Source: an uncultured Pelagibacteraceae bacterium (GTDB lineage Bacteria; Pseudomonadota; Alphaproteobacteria; Pelagibacterales; AG-422-B15). Taken from it: a stretch of 64,000 bases of DNA. Position 1 is the stretch's first letter. Each line of letters begins with the position of its first letter. The DNA lies in NCBI GenBank assembly GCA_902589175.1, contig CACIRX010000001.1, forward strand, positions 516 through 64,515, given 5' to 3'. A program made the position numbers and the translations under genes. A model generated the notes under the pieces. The model saw only the letters and a program-made list of their open reading frames with translations. It ran no database searches and was not told the origin of the DNA. This document shows, one piece after another, positions 1-8,258 of the stretch.

Positions 1-345
1 TATTACAATATTTGTATTTCTTTCAATAGATATTACATCGTTAATAACACTTTCTACAATTTCAGTATTAAACTTATTTGTTTTTTGATCGTAATCGGTA
101 GGTACGGCAATAATTACAAATTCCGAGTCTTTAAAACACTCAATATTATTTCTAGTTGCAATTAGATTGAGTTTTTTTGTTTTTAAAAAATCATTTTCAT
201 CCTTGTCATTGTAGGGAGATATTCGTTTATTGAGCTTATCTATCTTTTTTTCATCTAAATCAAGAGCAACAACTTCGTGTTCTTGAGATAAAACTAAAGA
301 TAATGATAAGCCAACATAGCCTAGTCCTACAATACCAATTTTCAT
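1..345 (-). CDS. ugd: UDP-glucose 6-dehydrogenase family, N-terminal part (3' end lies left of the window)
   Basis: Hand translation of the reverse strand from ATG 345..343 gives MKIGIVGLGYVGLSLSLVLSQEHEVVALDLDEKKIDKLNKRISPYNDKDENDFL...FVIIAVPTDYDQKTNKFNT. The GxGYVG Rossmann start and PTDYD block are typical of UDP-glucose/GDP-mannose dehydrogenases. It is absent from the ORF track because there is no stop in the window. Confidence 0.8.
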   Translation of the reverse strand, partial: MKIGIVGLGYVGLSLSLVLSQEHEVVALDLDEKKIDKLNKRISPYNDKDENDFLKTKKLNLIATRNNIECFKDSEFVIIAVPTDYDQKTNKFNTEIVESVINDVISIERNTNIVI

Positions 346-483
346 CTTGATCTACTTCCTAATTAATATCGGTTCGAATTGTATCTATGCAACAATGATA
401 TTTTTAATTAACTAATTTAAATATAAATTAATAAATATCTATAATTAATGTATACTACATATTATTATTTTTTTATAATATAT

Positions 484-1095
484 ATGAAAAACAATAAATT
501 AAGATATGCGGATAAAACAAAGGTATATATTAGAGGCGAGTTAATACATGGAAATAATTGCTACATCGATGTAAATACAATCTGCGAGGGTAAAGTAATT
601 ATAGATGATGATGTACAAATAGGACCGAATTGTTTTCTTAAAGATGTAAGGATAGGAAAAAATACAACAATAAAAGCCTTTTCACAAATTATAAATAGTA
701 GTTTGGGTAAATCGTGTGAAATAGGTCCTTTTGCAAATATAAGGCCTCAAAATCAAATAAATGATAACGTTATAATTGGCAACTACGTTGAATTAAAAAA
801 CTCAGTTATCGGATCAAACAGTAGAATTAGTCATATGAGTTTTATTGGTGACGCTGAGATCAAAGAAAATGTAAATATTGGAGCAGGGACAATAACATGT
901 AATCATAATAGAGATAAACATGTAAAAACTTTTATTGATGAATACGCTTATGTAGGAGCAGGATGTATGTTGATTGCGCCAATAAAAATAGGAAAAAATG
1001 TTGTAATAGGAGCTGGCTCAGCTATATCTCAAGATATAGATGCTAATAAAATTGCAGTTAGCAGGTCAAAACTAAAAATATATAATTTAAAATAA
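484..1095 (+). CDS. Stand-alone left-handed beta-helix acetyltransferase colinear with the C-terminal (GlcN-1-P N-acetyltransferase) half of GlmU
   Basis: ORF 448..1095 has hexapeptide repeats and GlmU-like blocks IGPFANIRP, GNYVELKNS, HMSFIGDAEI, NIGAGTITCNHN, YVGAGCMLIAPIKIG. The ATG at 484 (MKNNKLRY) is preferred over 448, whose YYYFFIIY looks like translated AT-rich spacer. No nucleotidyltransferase domain lies upstream. Confidence 0.75.
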   Translation: MKNNKLRYADKTKVYIRGELIHGNNCYIDVNTICEGKVIIDDDVQIGPNCFLKDVRIGKNTTIKAFSQIINSSLGKSCEIGPFANIRPQNQINDNVIIGNYVELKNSVIGSNSRISHMSFIGDAEIKENVNIGAGTITCNHNRDKHVKTFIDEYAYVGAGCMLIAPIKIGKNVVIGAGSAISQDIDANKIAVSRSKLKIYNLK

Positions 1096-1102
1096 ATTCA
1101 AA

Positions 1103-1603
1103 ATGTGGAAAGTAAGAAAATCTAAAATTCATGGTTCAGGTGTTTTTGCTACAGAGGATATAAAAAGTAATACCAAAATAATTGAATATATCGGTGAAAA
1201 AATTACAAAGAAGGAGGGTGATAGAAGGTCTGAAATAAGAATAAAAAAATATTTAAATTCCAAAACTAATGGTTCAGTCTATATTTTTGAATTAAATAAA
1301 AAATATGATATTGATGGTTCATTCTTGTATAATAAAGCTAGATATATTAATCATTCTTGTAGTCCAAACTGTGAGGTAAATATTATCAGGGGTAAAATTT
1401 GGATAAGCTCAATTAAAAAGATTAGTGAAGGAGAGGAGCTTTCTTATGATTATGGTTACGAATTTGATAAAGATGATTACAAGGATCACAAATGCAAATG
1501 TGGTTCAAAGAAATGCATAGGATTTATTATTTCTTCAGACGATCGTTACAAATACAGAAGATATAGAAAAAAAATAAATGATAATAAAAGAAAAAATAAT
1601 TGA
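1103..1603 (+). CDS. SET-domain protein (putative protein-lysine N-methyltransferase)
   Basis: Carries the SET signatures GSGVFA, RYINHSCSPNC, ELSYDYGYEF and a post-SET Cys cluster CKCGSKKC, followed by a basic K/R-rich tail. Confidence 0.85.
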   Translation: MWKVRKSKIHGSGVFATEDIKSNTKIIEYIGEKITKKEGDRRSEIRIKKYLNSKTNGSVYIFELNKKYDIDGSFLYNKARYINHSCSPNCEVNIIRGKIWISSIKKISEGEELSYDYGYEFDKDDYKDHKCKCGSKKCIGFIISSDDRYKYRRYRKKINDNKRKNN

Positions 1604-2144
1604 AATATCTGAAAATTTTAGAAATTTAGCAGATTATTGTGTTGGTGATATCGAAAAGGCGACTGAAATAATGATTTCTTCACTACGTAGTGGGGGTAAA
1701 ATAATGTTTTGTGGAAATGGTGGATCAGCTGCTGATTCTCAACATCTTGCTGCCGAGCTCACTGGAAGATATTTGAAAAATCGAGGACCCTTAGCAGCAC
1801 TTGCACTAACAACAGATACATCGGCAATTACCGCTATAGGTAATGATTACTCTTTTGATGAAATATTTGCACGTCAAGTAAATGCATTGGGAGATATAAA
1901 TGATACTTTGTACGCGATTTCAACTAGTGGAAAAAGCGTGAATGTCATTCGTGCCATTCAGGCTGCGAATGACAAAAATTTAAAAGTAATAGGAGTAACA
2001 GGTAACTCCTCAGCAGAAATGCAAAAATTATGTGATCTTACAATTAAAGTTCCTGCAAGAAGACCTGACAGAATTCAAGAAATGCATATCGCAATAGGTC
2101 AGATAATATGTGAACAAATTGAAAACGAGTTTTTCAATAAATAA
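1578..2144 (+). CDS. gmhA: SIS-domain D-sedoheptulose-7-phosphate isomerase (GmhA/DiaA family)
   Basis: Contains FCGNGGSAADSQHLAAEL, AISTSGKS and a SIS fold pattern. The ATG at 1578 overlaps the SET gene by 26 nt. Confidence 0.8.
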   Translation: MIIKEKIIEISENFRNLADYCVGDIEKATEIMISSLRSGGKIMFCGNGGSAADSQHLAAELTGRYLKNRGPLAALALTTDTSAITAIGNDYSFDEIFARQVNALGDINDTLYAISTSGKSVNVIRAIQAANDKNLKVIGVTGNSSAEMQKLCDLTIKVPARRPDRIQEMHIAIGQIICEQIENEFFNK

Positions 2145-2179
2145 AAATTTTTTTTTAATAATTGAATGTAAATATCAAG

Positions 2180-3097
2180 TTAGGGAAATTTTAGACCTTT
2201 TTTTTTATTTATTTCAATTTGCCGTTGTCGAGATAAAGACTTATTTTTTTGTAATAAAGTTCTTTCTTTAAAACAATACGGACAATTAACCCCCTTCTTG
2301 TATAGTTTTGATTTTGTATCACTTGGTTTAATCGGTCTTCTACATCCATAGCATTGCAAATATTTTCCTTTTAATAATTTTTTATTAACTGTTACTCTTC
2401 CATCAAAAACAAAGCACTCCCCATTCCAAAGTGAGACCATATTTTTTTTATTGTGATAATCTAGATATTTTATTATTCCACCATCTAATTGAACTACGTT
2501 ATTATATCCCTGCATTTTCATAAATGCAGAAGCTTTTTCACATCTTATCCCACCAGTACAATACATAGCAATTCTATCTTTTTTGTTAATTTTCATTTTT
2601 TTAATTGAATCAGGGAATTCACGAAAACTATTTGTTTTTGGTGATAAAGAATTAGCAAAACGACCAATACAAATTTCAAAATTGTTGCGTACGTCTATAA
2701 TTTTTGTTTTTTTATCTGATATTATCTTGTTCCAGTCCTTAGGGCTAATTAAATTTCCCTTGAGTTTATTAACATCGATTTTTCCTTTACCAAGAGATAC
2801 AATTTCTTTTTTCAATCTAACTTTCATTCTATTAAAAGGAAAAAAATTAGTCTTATTTACTTTTATATCTAGTATTCTAATATTAAGTTTTGATTTTATG
2901 AATTTGATTATTATGTTTAAATCTTTTTGATCACCAGATAATGAACCGTTAATTCCTTCAGATGCTAATAGAATTGTTCCCTTGACCGCGTACTTTTTTA
3001 AAAAAATATCAAACTCTTTTTTAATATTTTTAATATTTCCTAAATCTTTAAATCTATAAAAAGTATAAACAAAGATATTTTCTAATTGTCCCTTCAT
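2180..3097 (-). CDS. trhO: Rhodanese-domain protein of the UPF0176/YceA family (tRNA uridine(34) hydroxylase TrhO)
   Basis: Has the rhodanese active-site loop MYCTGGIRCEKASAFM and the C-terminal CxxC...CPYC pairs typical of YceA/TrhO. Confidence 0.8.
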   Translation of the reverse strand: MKGQLENIFVYTFYRFKDLGNIKNIKKEFDIFLKKYAVKGTILLASEGINGSLSGDQKDLNIIIKFIKSKLNIRILDIKVNKTNFFPFNRMKVRLKKEIVSLGKGKIDVNKLKGNLISPKDWNKIISDKKTKIIDVRNNFEICIGRFANSLSPKTNSFREFPDSIKKMKINKKDRIAMYCTGGIRCEKASAFMKMQGYNNVVQLDGGIIKYLDYHNKKNMVSLWNGECFVFDGRVTVNKKLLKGKYLQCYGCRRPIKPSDTKSKLYKKGVNCPYCFKERTLLQKNKSLSRQRQIEINKKKGLKFP

Positions 3098-3104
3098 CGA
3101 AAGC

Positions 3105-3929
3105 TTATCTTTTAAATTTTAAATTATATGTGAGTGTTTTAAGATATTTTGTTAATTCTTGCCGATCTTCAATATGAGATATATCGTTATATTTAATTAA
3201 ATCTCCTGAGTATATATTTATCTCTTTTCCTATTTTTTTTCTTGTTTCATGTATGTAAGTTGAATATTTCAAAGTTTGATTTTTCAATTTTGAAGCAAAG
3301 ATATGGAAAAGTAATCCATTTTTACCATCAAAATAGATTGGTAAAACATCTGTTTTTGTTTGATGAATTAATTTAGCAGGAAAATTTTTCCATTCATCAT
3401 CTTTTGCTTCTGATTTTAGACTTTTAGCTGTTGAAACACTTCCTGATGGAAATATAATCAGAGCACCTTTTCTAACTAGATGATTTTTTGCTTTTTTAGC
3501 TGTTTCTATATTCATTTTTAAATTCTTTTTTTTATCAGCGCTGAAATCAACAGGAAGTATAAACTTATTGAGTTGCGGTAAAAACTTAAGTGTTTCGTGT
3601 GTCATGATTTTAAAATCATTTCTTTCTTTTGATATTAGTGAACACAATATAAGTCCGTCTATTATTCCAAATGGATGATTTGCAATAATCATGAGTGGTC
3701 CAGATCTTGGTATTTTCAAGGGAGTTAAAGATTTATTCACAACTTTAATTTTAAGAAGTTGAATAATATCATTCCAAAAATTTATTGGTTCACTAGATTT
3801 TAGAGAGTAGTTTTTGTAAATATTCTCAAGTTTTCTTTTGCCTGTTAAGTTCTCAATCAATTTGATAATTAATCTCTGAGCAATGTTGTGCTCAGCTTTA
3901 GAAGCATAAGAAAAATCTATTTTACTCAT
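3105..3929 (-). CDS. Lysophospholipid (PlsC-type) acyltransferase family protein
   Basis: Has the HX4D acyltransferase motif NHPFGIIDG and a downstream IFPSGSVS block. The substrate is not inferable. Confidence 0.6.
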   Translation of the reverse strand: MSKIDFSYASKAEHNIAQRLIIKLIENLTGKRKLENIYKNYSLKSSEPINFWNDIIQLLKIKVVNKSLTPLKIPRSGPLMIIANHPFGIIDGLILCSLISKERNDFKIMTHETLKFLPQLNKFILPVDFSADKKKNLKMNIETAKKAKNHLVRKGALIIFPSGSVSTAKSLKSEAKDDEWKNFPAKLIHQTKTDVLPIYFDGKNGLLFHIFASKLKNQTLKYSTYIHETRKKIGKEINIYSGDLIKYNDISHIEDRQELTKYLKTLTYNLKFKR

Positions 3930-3933
3930 TTTA

Positions 3934-4554
3934 TTAGTATTCTACTGGGATTGGATCTAAGCTTCTCCAAAAATACCAAGTTGCAACTGATCTGTAAGGA
4001 ATCCATTTTTTTGACATTTTTAAGGCTTGCTCTCTATCAATAGGATAGTCAATGTCATAGCATTTGCTAATCCCTTTTATTAGTCCTAAATCATCTACTG
4101 GAAAAATATCAGGTCTACAAAGATTGAAAATTAAAAACATTTCTGCTGTCCATCTCCCTATGCCTTTAACTTTAATGAGCTCATTTATTATAGCTTCATC
4201 ACTATAATTATTCCATTTCTTAGTATTTATTTCTTTGTTTATAAAACTTTTAGAGAGCGATTTTAAGTAAGTAATTTTCTGCCGCGAAAGACCACAGGAT
4301 TTAAGTGACATATGATGCAATTTAATTGTATTCTCAGGGTTAACCTTCTTTATTTTTTTTTCAAATCTATTCCAAACTGCTTGAGCCGCCATAACAGAGA
4401 TCTGTTGTCCTACTATAGAACGAGCTAATGTATAAAAAGGATCTGATTTTGAATAGAGAAAATCATACTTATAATTATTAATAATTTTTCCAAGCTTTCT
4501 ATCTTTTTTAATAAGATGTTTTTTTGCTTTTTCCCAAAAAACAGGTTTTTCCAT
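3934..4554 (-). CDS. HhH-GPD DNA glycosylase (DNA-3-methyladenine glycosylase II family)
   Basis: Has the helix-hairpin-helix block VKGIGRWTAEMFLIF followed by the catalytic Asp context FPVDDLGLIKG. Confidence 0.75.
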   Translation of the reverse strand: MEKPVFWEKAKKHLIKKDRKLGKIINNYKYDFLYSKSDPFYTLARSIVGQQISVMAAQAVWNRFEKKIKKVNPENTIKLHHMSLKSCGLSRQKITYLKSLSKSFINKEINTKKWNNYSDEAIINELIKVKGIGRWTAEMFLIFNLCRPDIFPVDDLGLIKGISKCYDIDYPIDREQALKMSKKWIPYRSVATWYFWRSLDPIPVEY

Positions 4555-4575
4555 ATTGGTTCAATAAAATTAGTA

Positions 4576-4604
4576 TTGACATATATAATGTAAATTGTTT
4601 TTAT
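4576..4604 (+). promoter_or_regulatory. Candidate sigma-70-type promoter for the SCP2 gene
   Basis: TTGACA (4576-4581), a 17-nt spacer, then TTTTAT (4599-4604). A GGAG Shine-Dalgarno lies 8 nt before the ATG at 4636. The AT-rich background makes -10-like hexamers common. Confidence 0.3.
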
Positions 4605-4635
4605 GCCATTCTTAATTAATTAATGGAGTAATATT

Positions 4636-4950
4636 ATGGCAGATGTAGCTACTTTATTGACTGAATTTCAAAAAGGTATTGAAGGTAAAGATACTGGACT
4701 AGGAGCAACTGTAAAATTTGATTTTGAAGGAGCTGGATGCATATTTCTTGATGGCAAATCTAGCCCTAACACTGTTTCTGATGAAGATAAAGATGCAGAT
4801 TGTACTTTATCAATGTCACTTGAAACTTTTGAACAAATGAGATCAGGTGAAGTCGATGGAACTTCTGCATTTATGCAAGGAAAACTTAAAGTATCAGGCG
4901 ATATGTCTATTGCAATGAAATTACAATCTGTAATGGACGCACTTGCATAA
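4636..4950 (+). CDS. SCP2 sterol-carrier-like domain protein
   Basis: At 104 aa it shows the SCP2 pattern: FDFEGAGCIFLDG, FEQMRSGEVDGTSAFMQGKLKVSGDMSIAMKL. Confidence 0.7.
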   Translation: MADVATLLTEFQKGIEGKDTGLGATVKFDFEGAGCIFLDGKSSPNTVSDEDKDADCTLSMSLETFEQMRSGEVDGTSAFMQGKLKVSGDMSIAMKLQSVMDALA

Positions 4951-4974
4951 AATATAAAAGTAAAACAATAAAGG

Positions 4975-5002
4975 CCCATCTAGTTATAGATGGGTTTTTT
5001 TT
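4975..5002 (+). terminator. Rho-independent terminator in a convergent junction
   Basis: A perfect 8-bp stem CCCATCTA/TAGATGGG with a GTTA loop (4975-4994) is followed by T8 (4995-5002). The T-run overlaps the stop codon of the convergent gene at 5001-5003. Confidence 0.7.
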
Positions 5003-5783
5003 AATTTAAAATTTTACTACAAATCTTGAATAATTCTTTGTTATTACAGGCAATAATTTTTCCGCCCGTGAAAATACTCTCATTATTCCAAGTTTTCAAT
5101 ATTCCTCCAGCATTTATAATTATTGGTTCCAATGCTCGAATATCCCAGGGGTTAAGTCCACTTTCAACGACAATATCTACATGTCCATCTGCTAGCAAAC
5201 AATAACTGTAACAATCACCACCAAGTCTAATTGACCTAACACGTTTGCCAAGTTTTTCAAAAGATTTCTGATCATTTTTATTCGCAAATAGATAGGGAGA
5301 TGTTGTATTTAAAATTGATTTAGAAATTTTTTTATTTTTACTAACTTTTAGTTTGGTTTTTTTTCCATTAACGATTTTATATGCATTATTCTTATACCCT
5401 ACGTATCTTTCATTTAAGGCAGGAATGTCTGCGACACCCAATATAATATTTCCCCTTTTTGAAAGAGAAATAAGTGTGCCCCATAGCGGAACACCTTGTA
5501 TAAATGATTTAGTACCATCTATGGGGTCAATGCACCACTCGTATGGGTTATGCTTAATAAGACTTTCTTCCTCACCTAAAACAGAGTGTTCAGGGTAATT
5601 TTTAACTATTAATTCATTTAGTCTTAGTTGAATTTTAGTATCAGCGATTGTAACAGGATCAAATTCATTTTTTGATTTATTTATTACATCAATTTTTTTC
5701 TTGAAATACTTGAGAGAAATTTTCCTTGCTTCATCAGCAAGCATGTTTGTAAATTTTAAAAATTTATATATTTCATTGTTCAT
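5001..5783 (-). CDS. Inositol monophosphatase family protein (possibly HisN-type histidinol-phosphatase)
   Basis: Has the IMPase motifs VLGEEE, WCIDPIDGTKSF and WDIRALEPIIINAGG. The HisN assignment rests only on size and the alphaproteobacterial context. Confidence 0.7.
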   Translation of the reverse strand: MNNEIYKFLKFTNMLADEARKISLKYFKKKIDVINKSKNEFDPVTIADTKIQLRLNELIVKNYPEHSVLGEEESLIKHNPYEWCIDPIDGTKSFIQGVPLWGTLISLSKRGNIILGVADIPALNERYVGYKNNAYKIVNGKKTKLKVSKNKKISKSILNTTSPYLFANKNDQKSFEKLGKRVRSIRLGGDCYSYCLLADGHVDIVVESGLNPWDIRALEPIIINAGGILKTWNNESIFTGGKIIACNNKELFKICSKILN

Positions 5784-5839
5784 TTTCGACTAATAATTAT
5801 CTGTTGTTTTTGTAATTATCATTTTGTATCATAATTTTG

Positions 5840-7117
5840 ATGATTAAAAGAAATATCCTTACATTTTTTTTTCTAATTCAGCCAATATTTTTATTTGCTG
5901 AAACAAAATTTTACAATATTGAGATAGGTGATAGACAACCAATTAAGACTCCAATCAGTCAATTTGATGAAAATTCAAATTCTTACCCAGATCCATTTAT
6001 AGAGGATCAAATTATCTTCACGATAGATAAATCTAATTATCGAGATTACGCAAATGAATTGCTGACACCGGGTCAGGTTGAGATGTTTGAAATTTACCCT
6101 GACTCCTATAAAATGCATGTATACCCGTCAAGAAGATCATGTGCAGTGCCTCCTGAGGTATTGGAATTAACAAAGGGAAATGCAATTCTTACAGATGAGG
6201 GTGAAGGATTAGAGGGAATTGTTGGCAGTATTCCATTTCCAGAACCACAAGAAGCATTGCACCATGTTTGGAATCATATTCTAAGATACAGAGGAGTGAA
6301 TATTTATGGGTCATCACCTTTCTTTATAGTTAATCCTGACAGTACTAGAACTTATGGAGCAGGAGAGGCAATAGCAATTAATTACTGGAACCCATTTATT
6401 AGAAATGATAAAGGCTTACAAGGGATGCTAATGTCAAAGGTAACTCACCCTCCAAGATTAGCAGACGCTTCTTTATTAGTAATAGAATCCCTTAATGCAT
6501 TTAAAACTCCGAGAAGAGCTTGGGTTTATAATCCAGGAACTCGGAGAGTTAGAAGAGCTCCTGATATAGCTTATGATTATAAGCCATCCGCAAATCAAGG
6601 ACTAACAACAACAGATCAATTTGATGGTTTCAACGGTGCAAAAGATCGATATGAATGGTCATTTATAGGAACTAAACAAAAACTTATGCCTTATAATGCT
6701 TATAAATTTCATGAGACTAACATCGAGGAAGTACTTACACCCTATCATGTGAATCAGGATTATTTGAGATATGAATTGGTGAATGTAAATGTAGTTAAAG
6801 CTGATCTCAAAAACGATAAAAGGCACATTATACCTCATAGAATAATGTATTTTGACGCAGACAGTCATAATATGATTGTAGAAGAGACTTATGATGCAAA
6901 AAAAGAAATTATGACTTATAGAGAATTCCCTCTTATAAATTTTTATGATCAGCCTATGTGCCTTTCAATTCATTCAGCCACTTATGACTTTGCTACAAGA
7001 CGATATCAATTAACTAACGTGCGATCTAGGGACATTCCAAAAATTAAATGGAGACTGGAAGAACCTCATGATGAAAAAATGTTTACTCCAGAAGGCCTAA
7101 AAAGATTTGCTCGTTAG
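5840..7117 (+). CDS. DUF1329 family periplasmic/outer-membrane-associated protein (LolA-like fold family)
   Basis: Has an N-terminal signal-like segment. The blocks HVYPSRRSCAVPPEV, IPFPEPQEALHHVWNHILRYRG and RRAWVYNPGTRRVRRAP match my recollection of DUF1329. ATG 5840 is preferred over TTG 5837. Confidence 0.6.
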   Translation: MIKRNILTFFFLIQPIFLFAETKFYNIEIGDRQPIKTPISQFDENSNSYPDPFIEDQIIFTIDKSNYRDYANELLTPGQVEMFEIYPDSYKMHVYPSRRSCAVPPEVLELTKGNAILTDEGEGLEGIVGSIPFPEPQEALHHVWNHILRYRGVNIYGSSPFFIVNPDSTRTYGAGEAIAINYWNPFIRNDKGLQGMLMSKVTHPPRLADASLLVIESLNAFKTPRRAWVYNPGTRRVRRAPDIAYDYKPSANQGLTTTDQFDGFNGAKDRYEWSFIGTKQKLMPYNAYKFHETNIEEVLTPYHVNQDYLRYELVNVNVVKADLKNDKRHIIPHRIMYFDADSHNMIVEETYDAKKEIMTYREFPLINFYDQPMCLSIHSATYDFATRRYQLTNVRSRDIPKIKWRLEEPHDEKMFTPEGLKRFAR

Positions 7118-7159
7118 ATTATATATATTTATGTAATATCAAAAACATAATATTATAAA

Positions 7160-7234
7160 GGGCACGTAGCTCAGTGGTAGAGCATCACGTTGACATCGTG
7201 GGGGTTGTTGGTTCGATCCCAACCGTGCCCACCA
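7160..7234 (+). tRNA. tRNA-Val (anticodon GAC), CCA encoded
   Basis: Hand-folded cloverleaf: acceptor GGGCACG/CGTGCCC, D stem GCTC/GAGC, anticodon stem TCACG/CGTGG with loop TTGACAT, T stem GTTGG/CCAAC with TTCGATC, then ACCA. Confidence 0.93.
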
Positions 7235-7289
7235 AAAGATAATTTATTTGTTGTTATTTCTTATCTTTTTATATAAAAGAGCGCTAGAT

Positions 7290-7424
7290 ATGAAAAAACC
7301 AAATAAAATAAGAGAGTCAAGGCTAAATAAGTTAAGAGCTAGAAAAAACAACATTCGTAAAGAAAAAGTTAGACTCAAAAAAATCGAAGAAGCAAATGCG
7401 CCTCAACCGGAGCCTCAGCAATGA
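7290..7424 (+). CDS. Unannotated 44-aa highly basic micro-ORF translationally coupled to rpmJ
   Basis: Encodes [44 protein letters not shown]. Its TGA (7422-7424) overlaps the rpmJ ATG (7421-7423) as ATGA. Forty-four open codons are unusual in DNA of about 70% AT. No homologue was recognised. Confidence 0.35.
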   Translation: MKKPNKIRESRLNKLRARKNNIRKEKVRLKKIEEANAPQPEPQQ

Positions 7425-7546
7425 AAGTGAGAAGCTCTTTAAAAAATCTTAAAACAAGAGACCGTAATAACAAACTAATCAAAAGAAAAGGTCGTTTGTA
7501 TGTGATCAATAAAAGAAACCCAAGAATGAAGGCCCGTCAGGGCTAA
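7421..7546 (+). CDS. rpmJ: 50S ribosomal protein L36
   Basis: Hand translation gives [41 protein letters not shown] (41 aa). This is the Cys-less L36 form ending in KARQG. It falls below the ORF-track length cutoff. Confidence 0.92.
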   Translation: MKVRSSLKNLKTRDRNNKLIKRKGRLYVINKRNPRMKARQG

Positions 7547-7552
7547 TAATAT

Positions 7553-8251
7553 TTGTCTGCAAAGCAAAAAAAGAGAATTCTATTTATTGCAGATCATGCT
7601 TCTAATTATATACCGAGTTCTCTTAAAGATTTAGGTCTAAAGAAAAATTTATTAAATTCACATATTGCATATGATTTAGGAGTAAAGGAATTATGTATTA
7701 ACTTAGCTAATATTCTTAAATCTAAATATATTATAGGTGAATACTCAAGACTAATTATTGATTTAAATAGAGACAAGTCAGATCCCACATTGATTCCAGA
7801 AATTGTTGACAGAACAGTTATTAAAAAAAATATTATTTTAAATGAAAATGATAAAAAAAAAAGAATCTCAAATATTTATAATAGATATCACCAAAAAATT
7901 AAAACAACTATAAAACACGATAATATAACAATATTAATTTCTCTTCACTCATTTAACCCAATCTTTAAAAATAAAAAGAGAAATATTCATTTTGGTATAT
8001 TATCAAATCAAGATAGAAGATTAAGTGATTATATTATTACGGAAATGAAGCAAAGAAAATTGAAAATTGGAGATAATGAGCCTTATAAGGGAAACTTGAT
8101 TGGTGATACAATGCATAAACATGGTCTCAAAAATAATTTACACCATACTTTAATTGAAATCAGAAACGATTTACTTTCTTCTCCAACTAAGATACAGAAG
8201 GTTTCAAAACTTTTAAAAGAAGTAATTAGTAATTCAATTTATAGGATTTAA
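7553..8251 (+). CDS. N-formylglutamate amidohydrolase (FGase) family protein
   Basis: Has the ILFIADHASNYIP N-terminus and LISLHSF block typical of the FGase family. The TTG start lies 6 nt after the rpmJ stop. The substrate is unknown. Confidence 0.6.
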   Translation: MSAKQKKRILFIADHASNYIPSSLKDLGLKKNLLNSHIAYDLGVKELCINLANILKSKYIIGEYSRLIIDLNRDKSDPTLIPEIVDRTVIKKNIILNENDKKKRISNIYNRYHQKIKTTIKHDNITILISLHSFNPIFKNKKRNIHFGILSNQDRRLSDYIITEMKQRKLKIGDNEPYKGNLIGDTMHKHGLKNNLHHTLIEIRNDLLSSPTKIQKVSKLLKEVISNSIYRI

Positions 8252-8258
8252 AAACAAA

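Noticed and set aside
448-483. Longer start (MYTTYYYFFIIY...) for the GlmU-C-like ORF
   Set aside because: The extra 12 codons translate AT-rich spacer into Y/F/I repeats with no homology. ATG 484 fits the GlmU domain boundary.
2583-2930. 115-aa ORF on the plus strand inside the trhO gene
   Set aside because: It lies antisense to a well-supported rhodanese/TrhO gene. The F/L/I/S-rich low-complexity translation is typical of a shadow ORF in AT-rich DNA.
4668-4979. 103-aa minus-strand ORF overlapping the SCP2 gene
   Set aside because: It is the antisense shadow of the SCP2-domain ORF, which has a Shine-Dalgarno, a promoter-like element and a terminator. No motifs were recognised.
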